The notes beneath the pieces are model-generated. The model did no database searches and was not told the DNA's origin. It was given only the letters and a program-made list of their open reading frames with translations. Positions 50,695 through 61,256 of a DNA stretch of 64,000 nt are shown here, piece after piece; positions within the stretch are counted from its first letter, which is position 1; each line of letters starts with the position of its first letter. Where the stretch lies: positions 448,001 to 512,000 of the forward strand of contig OZ242383.1 in NCBI GenBank assembly GCA_965209155.1. The letters run 5' to 3'. This stretch comes from a bacterium. GTDB lineage: Bacteria > SAR324 > NAC60-12. Made by a program: the position numbers and the translations under genes.

Positions 50695-50700
50695 CTAAAT

Positions 50701-50985
50701 TTACAGAGTCTTTTTAAGTGCTTTTTGTTGATCGGGGGTGACTTTGAAGTAATTAGACCAAAAATTAAGAGACTTTTTATCCCAATCTCCTTTGAGCGGA
50801 TCCGTGAGAATTTCATGAATTTGTTTTTTGGGAAAATTGTCAAAAAGCCAATTGACTTGCCTGACATTGCCGTAAATGAGGATATTTGTGGCAATACGTT
50901 TAAAATCTTTTTGGGCATCAAGGGCATCGAGGTCATACGACCACAGACATCCTTTCAGGAAGGAGGGGAGTGGGATTGAATCCAT
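50701..50985 (-). CDS. DUF6922-like partner of the AbiEii toxin
   Basis: LWSYD...LD...D...I...IL.YG......WL. Confidence 0.7.
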   Translation of the reverse strand: MDSIPLPSFLKGCLWSYDLDALDAQKDFKRIATNILIYGNVRQVNWLFDNFPKKQIHEILTDPLKGDWDKKSLNFWSNYFKVTPDQQKALKKTL

Positions 50986-51226
50986 TTTGAACTTTCTCCA
51001 TTGATGGGGTTCCGAAAAGTATTTTCATTATAGCACAATTTCCGGAGAAAAATGATTGAATTTTTCATGAAAGCCAAGCTCATAAATCCCTGTATCACCC
51101 ATCCTAAGGTGCCATTTCCTTCGCTCGCCTCGTGGACGATCATCCAGTTTCTGTGGATGTTTAACGATCTCCTGTCCTGGAGATGAACCGACTGTCTGGC
51201 GCAAAATTTGGTGAGAAGCGCATTAG

Positions 51227-51300
51227 GGGTATTCAGAATTTCGGGCAAATCCTCCCATTTTCGGCTTTTTAAAAAAGTAAAGCCAGTCATCCTCGGCTCC
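51227..51300 (-). pseudogene. Short Rpn fragment at the island boundary
   Basis: Nucleotide match to 24581-24655 (AED.WLYFFK...W..LPEILNTP). Confidence 0.7.
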
Positions 51301-51409
51301 TGTGGACTACTGTTTGATTTTGCATTGGAATGCAGGTAAAGTGTGGGATCAAAGTTCGAGGTACGTCGGAACAAGCCCTGCCAGACACGGAAAAAACAAA
51401 CGATCAACA

Positions 51410-52408
51410 ATGCAAATCGAACACTCCGCCCTTTCCCCCGAGACCACTCCGGATACGACCATCGACGTTCGTGAGGCGTTCGGTATCGATATCGATTTGC
51501 AAGTGCCGGCTTTCTCGCAGCGCACCGAGCAAGTGCCGGAATTCGACAAGGTGTATCGTTTCAACAGGGAAACGACCCTGGCGATTCTTGCCGGATTTGC
51601 CTTCAACCGCCGCGTGATGATTCAAGGCTACCACGGTACGGGAAAATCGACTCACATCGAGCAGGTCGCCTCCCGTTTGAATTGGCCTTGCATCCGCGTC
51701 AACCTGGACAGTCATATCAGCCGCATCGACTTGATCGGTAAAGACGCCATTGTGATCAAAGAAGGAAAACAGGTCACCGAATTCCGCGAAGGGATTTTAC
51801 CCTGGTGTTTGCAACATCCGGTGGTCCTGGTTTTCGATGAATATGATGCGGGACGACCAGACGTTATGTTCGTCATTCAACGTGTCCTGGAAGTGGAAGG
51901 CAAATTGACCCTTCTGGATCAAAACCGGGTGATCCATCCACACTCTCATTTCCGGTTGTTCTCCACCACCAATACAGTGGGTTTGGGAGACACTTCCGGG
52001 CTTTATCATGGCACCCAGCAAATCAATCAAGGTCAGATGGATCGTTGGAACATCGTCACCACCTTGAACTACCTGCCACCCGAAGAAGAAATGGCCGTGG
52101 CTTTGGTCAAAGCGCCCGAGTGGCAGAACGAAGCAGGGCGAAGAACCGTCGCCAGTATGGTTTCCGTCGCCAACCTGACCCGTCGGGGATTCATGAACGG
52201 CGATATTTCCACCGTCATGTCCCCACGGACTGTGATCAATTGGGCGGAAAACGCATCGATCTTCAAGGATATTGGTTTTGCCTTCCGGGTCACCTACTTG
52301 AATAAATGCGATGAAATGGAACGTACCACCATTGCCGAGTATTACCAGCGCTGTCTGGGAGAAGAGTTGAACGAATCCGTCGTCAATCTTGCCCAAATCG
52401 ACTGCTAG
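51410..52408 (+). CDS. cobS: Cobaltochelatase subunit CobS (AAA+ ATPase)
   Basis: [53 protein letters not shown]. Confidence 0.95.
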   Translation: MQIEHSALSPETTPDTTIDVREAFGIDIDLQVPAFSQRTEQVPEFDKVYRFNRETTLAILAGFAFNRRVMIQGYHGTGKSTHIEQVASRLNWPCIRVNLDSHISRIDLIGKDAIVIKEGKQVTEFREGILPWCLQHPVVLVFDEYDAGRPDVMFVIQRVLEVEGKLTLLDQNRVIHPHSHFRLFSTTNTVGLGDTSGLYHGTQQINQGQMDRWNIVTTLNYLPPEEEMAVALVKAPEWQNEAGRRTVASMVSVANLTRRGFMNGDISTVMSPRTVINWAENASIFKDIGFAFRVTYLNKCDEMERTTIAEYYQRCLGEELNESVVNLAQIDC

Positions 52409-52446
52409 CATGCCTGTACCCACCATCCCCTGAAAAAGAGGAATAT

Positions 52447-54285
52447 TTGAAAAAGCCCAGTGATTCCATGGAGACCTTCAAACAGGCGCTCAGTGAAACG
52501 ATGCGTGCCATAGCGGAGCGGAAAGACCTGCAGGTAACTTTCAGTAACAGCAACCCCTTGCTGAAAAAAAAGTCCTCACTGATTCCCCTGCCCACCCCCG
52601 CGTTCACTGCCGCTGAAATCGCCAAGAGCCGGGGTGCGGCGGATGAGTATGCGCTCCGACTGCGCCATCATGATGAAGGGATTCATCAAAACCTCAAACC
52701 GGAATCAGGTACGGCTTTATCCATCTTTGAAGCAAGCGAAGATGCGCGTCTGGCAGTAATTGGTTCGACTCATATGAGAGGGGTAAGCCATAACCTGTCC
52801 TGCGTCCTGGAAGAGCGGCTTCGCCAACAGCAAAACAGCCGGAACAACAACGCGGCGGATGAACTGGGTGAAGCGTTGGGCTTACTCTTGCGGGAAAAAT
52901 TGATCACTTCGCCCGGGAACCCTCGCCCCCTCCTGCCGCTCGCTAAAAGCCTGCTCGATCAAAAAAGAGATTGGCTTGAAGAAAAACTGGCCGGGGAACT
53001 CGATTCGCTTCCCGACTTGATCCACAATCAGCAAGCATTCGCTTTGAAGTTCCGACAAATCATCGAGTTGTTGGGATTCCAAGACGAACTGGGCCCCCCT
53101 CCCGAAGAAGATCCGAATCAAAGTGAGGAGGACGCAAAAAAAGAAGAACCCGATCAATCCGAAAATGAGGAGGAATCCGAATCCGACTCCCTTGAAGATG
53201 ATGAGGAAGAAGGTGGAGGCGAGGATGATTTGGATTCAAACAGGGAGTTGCCGGATTCGGACGATCCGACGGAATCGGTACCCATGGCTCGCCCCCGGGC
53301 AGAATTTGGTGAAAACACGAAGGGTTTTTACCAGGCATATACCACGGAATTCGATGAAACGGTTCGGGCAGAAGACCTGTCTGATCCCGAATCCCTCACT
53401 CGCCTTCGCAAACACCTGAATTTTCAACTGGAACCGATAAAAAAAATCACGACTCGTCTGGCAGTCTGGCTGCAGCGTCGATTGATGGCCATCCAGCAGC
53501 GTAGTTGGGAATTTGGCGTGGATGAAGGGATCCTCAATACGGCCCAATTGGCGGGGATCATCGTCAACCCTTTTCATTCCTTATCCTTCAAGCGCGAAAA
53601 AGAAGCCGAATTTCGAGACACGGTCGTTTCCTTGTTGATCGATTGTTCCGGTTCAATGAGAGGCAGACCGATAACCATTGCCGCCATGTGCGCGGATATC
53701 CTTGCGCAAACCCTGGAGCGTTGTTCGGTACGGGTCGAACTGTTGGGATTCACGACCACCGCATGGAAAGGTGGTAAATCCAGGGAGCGTTGGTTGGCCC
53801 GGGGTAAACCGGATAACCCCGGACGTTTGAATGATTTACGGCACATCATCTACAAGGATGCGGACGTTCCCTACCGCCGAGCCCGGAAAAACCTGGGGTT
53901 GATGATGAGGGAAGATCTGCTGAAAGAAAATATCGATGGAGAGGCCCTCTTGTGGGCCCATAACCGTATCGTGGGACGGGATGAACAGCGTAAAATCCTT
54001 ATGGTAATCTCCGATGGTTTACCTGTGGACAACAGCACTTTGCTGGCCAATAAAAAAAACTTTCTGGAACGCCATCTCCATGCGGTGATAGAAGCAGTTG
54101 AAAATTGTTCTCCAGTCGAATTGGTGGCCATCGGCATTGGACACGACGTCACGCATTATTACAAAAGAGCCGTTCGTATTGCGGAAGTGGGGGATTTGGG
54201 ACAAACGATGGTGGAGCAATTGAGCGATCTTTTCGACATCAGAAAAAACTATAATCGTATTCGAGGCAAAATGTACCATGCATGA
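52447..54285 (+). CDS. cobT: Cobaltochelatase subunit CobT (vWA domain)
   Basis: Acidic linker; [33 protein letters not shown]. Confidence 0.93.
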   Translation: MKKPSDSMETFKQALSETMRAIAERKDLQVTFSNSNPLLKKKSSLIPLPTPAFTAAEIAKSRGAADEYALRLRHHDEGIHQNLKPESGTALSIFEASEDARLAVIGSTHMRGVSHNLSCVLEERLRQQQNSRNNNAADELGEALGLLLREKLITSPGNPRPLLPLAKSLLDQKRDWLEEKLAGELDSLPDLIHNQQAFALKFRQIIELLGFQDELGPPPEEDPNQSEEDAKKEEPDQSENEEESESDSLEDDEEEGGGEDDLDSNRELPDSDDPTESVPMARPRAEFGENTKGFYQAYTTEFDETVRAEDLSDPESLTRLRKHLNFQLEPIKKITTRLAVWLQRRLMAIQQRSWEFGVDEGILNTAQLAGIIVNPFHSLSFKREKEAEFRDTVVSLLIDCSGSMRGRPITIAAMCADILAQTLERCSVRVELLGFTTTAWKGGKSRERWLARGKPDNPGRLNDLRHIIYKDADVPYRRARKNLGLMMREDLLKENIDGEALLWAHNRIVGRDEQRKILMVISDGLPVDNSTLLANKKNFLERHLHAVIEAVENCSPVELVAIGIGHDVTHYYKRAVRIAEVGDLGQTMVEQLSDLFDIRKNYNRIRGKMYHA

Positions 54286-54317
54286 GCCATGTCGGAGAAT
54301 CACATAACGATTGCTGT

Positions 54318-55574
54318 TCAAGACCCTGTGATTTCGATTTGCAGACATTCGAATGCCTTCCGCAAGGCATGTTCAACGGAATCGGGATTGCCTCCACGGG
54401 CGAATATAAACCCCAGGTATCGACTCCCATAGGGCAAGGGTTCTACCACCTGTCCGGTTGGAATGGAAATCAGCACGTCCTCGACTCCGGGAATATCGCA
54501 TGCCTCTTCCATACCCCTCACCTCTTGCAGCAATCCATGTTCAGGCACAGGCAGCATCATCACTCCCGCGGCTTCCTGTTGGCGTTGGACGGCCTGTACG
54601 TCGCGTCCAAGGGCATGGAGAAGAATCAGTTCTTCCAGCCTGAGATTCCTGCTGAATTCCAAGACCCGGGAACACAACCCGCCGATAGAACGGGCCGCAA
54701 TTTCAATCGGCCAGACTCGCTCACCGTCAAATCGTAATTCTGCGTGAACCGGTCCTTCCCGAAGTCCTAAGGCGCGAGTCGCATGTTGCGTGACGCAGGC
54801 GATCTTGTCTTGAAAATTCTGTGACAATCGAGAAGGCGTGATATAGAGCGTTTCCTCGAAATAGGGTCCCTCCAGAGGATCCGGCTTGTCGAATAGCGCA
54901 AGAGTTTTCAACTCTCCATCAAACAACAATCCCTCCAAGGCCACTTCCCTGCCGGAGATGTAATCCTCCACCAGGATTTCACGCCTGGATTCGTTGTTGG
55001 AAAGTACTCCTGATTCTCTCTCGATTTCCGGATTGGAGAGCAAAGTAACGATCTGACGAAAAGCAAGTATGAATTCCTCGTAGTTGTTGGCCCGGATCAC
55101 CCCCCGGCTCGCGGAGAGGAACGTGGGTTTCAGGACGCAAGGATATGCTACGCGAGCGCCGTATTCCTGCGGATTCTCTTCGATGCTGAGCAAATCAAAA
55201 TGAGGAGAATGAATATTGCCCCCCCGGAGCGCCTTTCGCATCAGATATTTATTACGAGTCGCTTTGACCGACTCGACTGAATTGTGTGGAAGGGCAAGGG
55301 CGTGGTTGGCCATTGCGGCCAAAATAAGGCTTTTATCATCGACACCAATCACAGCGTGGAACGGCGATTCCCCGGCCATTTGAACAATTTGAGCGACGGC
55401 ATTTCCGGGATCCCGGAAATCCAGGGCCAAAGAAGTTCCGGGAGTCAATGGTGCCAGTGCTTGACTTTCATCGCAACCGATCACGACATCCAGGTTGAGC
55501 CGGGTTGCCGCATCCAGAAAAGCGCTCGTACGATAGGTAGTGCTGGGAATGAGAAGTAAAACGCGTGGCATCAA
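54318..55574 (-). CDS. ATP-grasp domain protein
   Basis: NKYLMR, YPCVLKP...ASRGV, LVEDYI.G.E, HAELR, EIAAR. Confidence 0.88.
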   Translation of the reverse strand: MMPRVLLLIPSTTYRTSAFLDAATRLNLDVVIGCDESQALAPLTPGTSLALDFRDPGNAVAQIVQMAGESPFHAVIGVDDKSLILAAMANHALALPHNSVESVKATRNKYLMRKALRGGNIHSPHFDLLSIEENPQEYGARVAYPCVLKPTFLSASRGVIRANNYEEFILAFRQIVTLLSNPEIERESGVLSNNESRREILVEDYISGREVALEGLLFDGELKTLALFDKPDPLEGPYFEETLYITPSRLSQNFQDKIACVTQHATRALGLREGPVHAELRFDGERVWPIEIAARSIGGLCSRVLEFSRNLRLEELILLHALGRDVQAVQRQQEAAGVMMLPVPEHGLLQEVRGMEEACDIPGVEDVLISIPTGQVVEPLPYGSRYLGFIFARGGNPDSVEHALRKAFECLQIEITGS

Positions 55575-55764
55575 CCATCAGGTTTCGTTTCCTGGTAAAT
55601 TAACATGTCCCAAACAAAATGCGGACAATACGCATTGAAGATAATATCACAGAGCTTATCAGCATTTGCGAAAAGAGGCAAAAAGTATGTGATGCTGATT
55701 TTTCAAAGCGATTTTTCGGACTTTGTGTTAGAAATACAAGCAGCTATTTTTAAACGAATTGGAA

Positions 55765-56175
55765 ATGAAGATGCGTAAAAAAATATTTAAAAGCGAAGCG
55801 GAATGGCGGCAACAACTCTCTCCCGAAGCCTTTAAAGTGTGTCGCAAAAAAGGCACGGAACGGGCTTTTAGTGGAAAATACCACAATAGCAAGGAAGTGG
55901 GAATTTACCGCTGCATCTGCTGTGGCAACGAATTATTCTCCTCGGAAACTAAATTCGATTCGGGTACGGGATGGCCGAGTTTCTGGATGCCTCTCGATGA
56001 AGAGAGGGTTACTTTCAAAGACGATTTCAGTTTTTTCATGAAACGAGTGGAAGTGCTCTGCGCCAATTGTGACGCCCACTTGGGACACGTTTTCGACGAT
56101 GGACCAGCCCCGACCAATAAACGTTACTGCCTGAATTCCGTTGCGCTCGATCGGGTTGATTTCAAAAAAGGATGA
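55765..56175 (+). CDS. msrB: Peptide-methionine (R)-S-oxide reductase
   Basis: GTERAF, KFDSGTGWPSF, HLGHVF.DGP, RYCLNS. Confidence 0.96.
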   Translation: MKMRKKIFKSEAEWRQQLSPEAFKVCRKKGTERAFSGKYHNSKEVGIYRCICCGNELFSSETKFDSGTGWPSFWMPLDEERVTFKDDFSFFMKRVEVLCANCDAHLGHVFDDGPAPTNKRYCLNSVALDRVDFKKG

Positions 56176-56178
56176 ATC

Positions 56179-56799
56179 ATGCCGTCTCTCGAGGAATATC
56201 AGCATATCGAGATCGCAATCGAGCTCGATAAGGGGCTCCGTATTGATGCCGTGGCGGAACAATTCGGCGTGTCGTCCCATTACATCCGTAAAGTGGCTGT
56301 TGCCGCCGGGTTGATTCCACCTGAAAAAAAGAAGACGACACGCAGAAAACGGCTTGCGGACGAAGACCGGCAACGCCTCCTGGTACGAATCAGGGAAGGA
56401 GAGGAAATTGAACCCATTGCGCTCGAATTCAATATCTCGGTTGCTACCATCCGGCAATGGTGTAAAAAAGCGGGTGTACGAGTCCCCCGTCCTTTGAAAG
56501 CTCTCTCCAAAAAAGAGTGGGGTGAAATCAAAGAACTGCTTGCTGACAACGAACCACTCAATGAAATTGCCAGGGCTTTCAATTTGTCTTTCAATGCGGT
56601 TGAACAACTTCTGGAGGACGATTACAAAGAACTGGATATGGAGGTTCTGGGGTTTTTATACGAAACCTTGCTCGACAATCCCAATGCAACGCCTCCTGTC
56701 ATCGAGCGACTGGCGCTCAAGGCGGGGATCGAGCTCGATGGAAGTATGATCTTTTCTTATCAAAACCGTCTCAGGCGCCTGGAAAGGATCGATTGCTGA
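56179..56799 (+). CDS. Hypothetical protein with repeated HTH-like units
   Basis: Three IA..F.vS-type motifs (VAEQFGVS, IALEFNIS, IARAFNLS). Confidence 0.7.
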   Translation: MPSLEEYQHIEIAIELDKGLRIDAVAEQFGVSSHYIRKVAVAAGLIPPEKKKTTRRKRLADEDRQRLLVRIREGEEIEPIALEFNISVATIRQWCKKAGVRVPRPLKALSKKEWGEIKELLADNEPLNEIARAFNLSFNAVEQLLEDDYKELDMEVLGFLYETLLDNPNATPPVIERLALKAGIELDGSMIFSYQNRLRRLERIDC

Positions 56800-56803
56800 A
56801 AAT

Positions 56804-58291
56804 GTGGACAAATACGTCCTGTCCATAGCCTCGGTGCACAATTTATGCATATCTATCGGATTATCTCCAAAAGACGCTCTAATCCGTGTGGAAGGATCAC
56901 GTATTGGAAGAATACGGTTCAACCAGAGTGGATATGTCATGAAAACAGAACATTACCCAGACTCTCCTGCAACCCGTAAGAATTACGATAAAGAGAAGTT
57001 GAATGAACATCTCCTCGAAGAAAGCTTTGATGCATTCAAACAAACTGCCCTCGAGCTGCAGGCTTACTATCATGAAATCAAGGAGAAGGTGGATGAGTTG
57101 AATGGAGAATTGCTGCGGAAAAACGAAGAATTTCAATTGAATCTGTTGGAAAAAGAACAGAGGCAAAATTTCATCGCCAATATTCTTGCAAGCTCCGCGG
57201 TAGGATGTCTCGTCACTGACTCCCACGGGGTTGTGAATTTTGTCAATCAGAGGGGTTTGCAACTCATTGGAAAACCATTGGAAAAATTACATGGTGTGGG
57301 ATTGAATGAAGTTTTTCAACATCCGGTCCTCCCTCAAAAGCTTGTTCGGGAAGATTTGAGGGTTTTTGACCATGCCAAGGAGCAGGAATTGGAATTTCGG
57401 CACCCAAATGGTTCCAAGAGACGACTGTTGCTTACCATTTCTTCCATGCGTAGCGAAGCGGATGAAATATTGGGGATCATCATCAATGCGCAAGATATTT
57501 CGGACATAAAAAAATTGGAAGCGGAAGCAGAGCGAAAAAACCGTTTGACCGGAATGGGAGAAATGGGGGCCACCATCGCCCATAAAATCCGCAATCCTTT
57601 GGGCAGCATCGAGCTTTTTTCCGCCTTGCTGAAAAAAGATCTGGACCCGGAAGCTCCTCAACAGCAGTTGATCGAGCACATTGCCTCGGCGACGCAAAGC
57701 ATGAATCACATTATTTCCAATATCCTGGAATATACCAAACCGTGTCGGCTTGCAAAAGAGAAACCCATAGAAGTCCATGAATTGCTCAGGGAAACGCTGG
57801 AAGCATCGAGGCATGAGATTTCCGAGCGTCAGGTCCACATGATCACGGATTTGGAAGCCACCGCCACCGAGATCAAAGGCGACCGCGAGTTATTGAAACA
57901 AGTGTTCCATAATTTGATCTCCAATGCCTTTCATGCGATTCTTGACAACCCAACCCATGAACCCGGTAAAATCTTTATCAGTACAAGAAATTTCCTCACC
58001 CGTAATGAAACCATTCTGAAGCGCTTCCATTCAGCACGGGAGAGAAACCGTGGCATTCAATACGATTGTTTATGCTTGATCGAAATCTGTATTCAGGATA
58101 CTGGAATGGGAATGCCTCCCGAGGTCGGGCAGAAAATTTTCAGTCCTTTTTTTACAACCAAGGAAAATGGCATTGGTTTGGGACTGGCCACGGTGCATAA
58201 TATCGTGGACTCTCATGGTGCTGTACTGGATGTGGAAAGTGAAGTGGATCAGGGGACGCGGATGACGCTTCTTTTTCCGGTATTGGAATAA
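56804..58291 (+). CDS. PAS-domain sensor histidine kinase (FleS-like; start probably 56939)
   Basis: AHKIRNPLGSI H-box, N-box, DTG.G, GIGLGL. Confidence 0.9.
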   Translation: MDKYVLSIASVHNLCISIGLSPKDALIRVEGSRIGRIRFNQSGYVMKTEHYPDSPATRKNYDKEKLNEHLLEESFDAFKQTALELQAYYHEIKEKVDELNGELLRKNEEFQLNLLEKEQRQNFIANILASSAVGCLVTDSHGVVNFVNQRGLQLIGKPLEKLHGVGLNEVFQHPVLPQKLVREDLRVFDHAKEQELEFRHPNGSKRRLLLTISSMRSEADEILGIIINAQDISDIKKLEAEAERKNRLTGMGEMGATIAHKIRNPLGSIELFSALLKKDLDPEAPQQQLIEHIASATQSMNHIISNILEYTKPCRLAKEKPIEVHELLRETLEASRHEISERQVHMITDLEATATEIKGDRELLKQVFHNLISNAFHAILDNPTHEPGKIFISTRNFLTRNETILKRFHSARERNRGIQYDCLCLIEICIQDTGMGMPPEVGQKIFSPFFTTKENGIGLGLATVHNIVDSHGAVLDVESEVDQGTRMTLLFPVLE

Positions 58292-58394
58292 AAATCAAAT
58301 CCTGTATCATTGAAATTCGAACCGGATCGTCGGTTTGCAGGTCGCAGGGAACATAGGACGTTCAAAAATAAAATGTACTCAATAAGGATATGGC

Positions 58395-59810
58395 ATGCAA
58401 CCTATATTGATTGTCGATGATGAAGTGGAAATGCGAATCGCAATGTCGGAGACGCTGAAGCACAGCGGCTACTCCGTAGAGCTTTCTCACAATGCCCTGG
58501 ATGCGATCAAGAAATTCAAAAACAATGGTCATTCCCTGGTCATCACGGATATGACCATGCCCAAGCGCAGTGGCTTGGATTTGTTGAAAGACATCAAAGC
58601 CATCGACCCCCTCAAACCCGTCATCATGGTGACCGCCTATGGCACGATAGAAACGGCAGTGGAAGCCATGAAACACGGCGCATTCGACTATATTGTCAAA
58701 CCCTTCAACTTCGAAACCTTCACTTTCGTGGTGGAGCGAGCCCTCGAATACCAACCCTCTCCCGGCACCCTGGATTCACAAAAATTGACGGATGGCGAGA
58801 CGAAGTGGGAAATCGTCACGCAGAACGAAAATATGATGAAGTTGCTGAAAGTTTCAAAAAACGTGGCTCGCAGCAAAGCGACCGTCATGATTCAAAGTGA
58901 AAGTGGCACAGGAAAAGAGTTATTGGCTCGTTACATCCATCATCATTCCGAACGAGTGAACCATTCCTTTGTCCCGATTAACTGCGCGGCCCTGCCGGAC
59001 ACTTTGTTGGAAAGCGAGTTATTCGGCTATAAAAAAGGGGCATTCACAGGCGCTCATCAAGATCATCGGGGCAAATTTGAACAAGCCAATGGGGGCACCA
59101 TCCTGCTTGATGAAATCAGTGAAATGGCTTTGCCGCTGCAGGCCAAATTGCTTCGAGTACTTCAAGAGCAAGAAGTGGATAAAGTGGGAGGTAAAGAACC
59201 CATTCCCATCGATGTCCGTATAGTTGCGACCACCAATCGCAATATCCTGAAGTTGGTGGAGGAAGAAAAATTCCGGGAAGATCTTTATTTTCGCTTGAAT
59301 GTCATTCCTTTGAGTCTGCCTCCTTTGCGGGACCGAAAAGACGACATCCCCTTCCTGGCTGATCATTTTCTGGCGAAGCATGCCCGCTTGAATAATCGTA
59401 CACGGCCCCAAATCACCCGGGAAACGTTGAACGTCTTGATGAATTACAACTGGAGGGGCAATATCCGTGAGTTGGAAAATATCATAGAACGGGCGTTGCT
59501 GCTCGCAGATGGGGAAAGCGTGGAGCCTTCCGACCTCTTGATACATTCAGGTGAGCACTTACCAATTTTCAATGGAGAACCAATCTGTTCAGTGACCGTA
59601 TCGGAAGATGAATCCGATTCGGAATCGATGAAAATCAAAGTGGGCATGTCCATGAGGGAAGCGGAAAAGAAACTTATTTTCGAAACCCTGAAAACTACGA
59701 GTGGAAATCGTACGCACGCCGCGAAAATCCTCGGTATCAGCAACCGCACGCTGAGGAACAAATTGAATGAATACCGCAATGAAGGGGAGGCTTTCGAATT
59801 CCAAACCTGA
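58395..59810 (+). CDS. sigma54-dependent response regulator (NtrC/FleR-like)
   Basis: REC domain, ESGTGKE, GAFTGA, Fis-type HTH. Confidence 0.94.
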   Translation: MQPILIVDDEVEMRIAMSETLKHSGYSVELSHNALDAIKKFKNNGHSLVITDMTMPKRSGLDLLKDIKAIDPLKPVIMVTAYGTIETAVEAMKHGAFDYIVKPFNFETFTFVVERALEYQPSPGTLDSQKLTDGETKWEIVTQNENMMKLLKVSKNVARSKATVMIQSESGTGKELLARYIHHHSERVNHSFVPINCAALPDTLLESELFGYKKGAFTGAHQDHRGKFEQANGGTILLDEISEMALPLQAKLLRVLQEQEVDKVGGKEPIPIDVRIVATTNRNILKLVEEEKFREDLYFRLNVIPLSLPPLRDRKDDIPFLADHFLAKHARLNNRTRPQITRETLNVLMNYNWRGNIRELENIIERALLLADGESVEPSDLLIHSGEHLPIFNGEPICSVTVSEDESDSESMKIKVGMSMREAEKKLIFETLKTTSGNRTHAAKILGISNRTLRNKLNEYRNEGEAFEFQT

Positions 59811-59924
59811 ATCTGAGCAGGGCTCTTCTGGTGAATGGATCACTTCTTCCACGGTACCGGATCGTCGTGAGACGGCCATGGAAAAATTTGTTGGTTTTTC
59901 CAACGGGGACGTTTAATATGAGGA

Positions 59925-61256
59925 ATGCTAACAAAAGATTTACTGCGTTATACCATCCAGAAAGAGAAGATCCGTCCCTCATTGGTTGATCCGAAAGATC
60001 CCACTCGGCTCAGTTGCGCGCGACAATTACTGGAAGTTTTTGAATCCGCAAAAGGAAAAAGCCGCGAAGTGCTCTTGGAAGAAAGTAAAGAAATCGCAGA
60101 CCGTATTCCCGTAGACGCGATTTTTACTCGAGGCTTGGAAAAAATTCTACTCGATCACACCGAATTCGACAGCACCCCGGATGACGCTTTGATGGATTTA
60201 CGAAAGGAACTTTTTCAACATACGAGCCGGCTACTTGCCAAACGGACATTTACCAATTTAGAAGACTACCATAAAGCGATTCAAGAAACATATCAGGGGA
60301 AATCCGAAACACAGTTCGTCACCTGCGCGAGTCGGCAATTGTACGTGGATTTGCCCTCATTCCAGCAGGTTCTTCATTTCAAATCCTTTTCCCCGGAAAA
60401 TCTCTTACACCGCTACAATTGCGCTCAGGTGCAGGGATTATTGCAGCGCTGCAATCGCTTGTATTTGCGCATCGCCGACAAAGACCCCATTCACCTGAGG
60501 CCATTGTGCCGGTCTTTGCGCTTTCATCAACTCCTGGCCGAAATCACTGTGGAAGCCAATGGTGAATATTGCCTGGCTATTGACGGCCCCCTCGATCTTT
60601 TTTTGCAGACGCAAAAATACGGAATCAACCTGGCCAATTTTTTCCCGGCGATTCTCCTTCAACCCCGGTGGCAACTCCAGGCTCAGGTCCGATTGAACCA
60701 GCGTAAACAATATTCACTGCTGCTCGATGAATCCTGCAAAATTCGCTCGCATTACCGGCAATTTTCAGCCTACATTCCGGAAGAAATCGAAATGTTCCAG
60801 AAATCCTTTTTACAAAAGTCGCAATCCTGGACTGTTGAACCTGGCAAGCAATTCTTGCAACTCACGGGAGAATTCTACTGCTTTCCGGATTATTTGCTGA
60901 AACATCCATCCGGCATGGAAGTTTTCATGGAATTGTTCCATGCCTGGCATGCGTCCCACTTGACCGTCCGATTGCGACAGTTGGAAAAGGCTCGTCCCTC
61001 CGGAACAGGAGTTTTTCCCTTGATGATAGGCGTGGCCAAGAGTTTACTCAAAGATCCCGCAGTCGCCCAAGCCGTCGATCAATCCCGACACTTCTCAAAG
61101 GCGGGTTTCATATTTAGAAAAATGCCTCCTGCCGACAAAGTGCTGCTGCTGTTGGAACAATTTGTTGACAATATGCCACTTTTCTCACAACAATATGGGG
61201 ATGCGGAAGGTTCTCTTTCAACTTCTATAAATAAGGTAGGTCATGGCAGACAATAA
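59925..61256 (+). CDS. DUF790-family putative nuclease
   Basis: MLTKDLL start, RYN..Q.QGLL, DGP..LF..T.KYG, FPDY. Confidence 0.7.
   Translation: MLTKDLLRYTIQKEKIRPSLVDPKDPTRLSCARQLLEVFESAKGKSREVLLEESKEIADRIPVDAIFTRGLEKILLDHTEFDSTPDDALMDLRKELFQHTSRLLAKRTFTNLEDYHKAIQETYQGKSETQFVTCASRQLYVDLPSFQQVLHFKSFSPENLLHRYNCAQVQGLLQRCNRLYLRIADKDPIHLRPLCRSLRFHQLLAEITVEANGEYCLAIDGPLDLFLQTQKYGINLANFFPAILLQPRWQLQAQVRLNQRKQYSLLLDESCKIRSHYRQFSAYIPEEIEMFQKSFLQKSQSWTVEPGKQFLQLTGEFYCFPDYLLKHPSGMEVFMELFHAWHASHLTVRLRQLEKARPSGTGVFPLMIGVAKSLLKDPAVAQAVDQSRHFSKAGFIFRKMPPADKVLLLLEQFVDNMPLFSQQYGDAEGSLSTSINKVGHGRQ

Noticed and set aside
51302..51409. N-terminal extension of CobS in the ORF track
   Set aside because: CobS-like sequence begins near ATG 51410; the extension lies in island-boundary sequence
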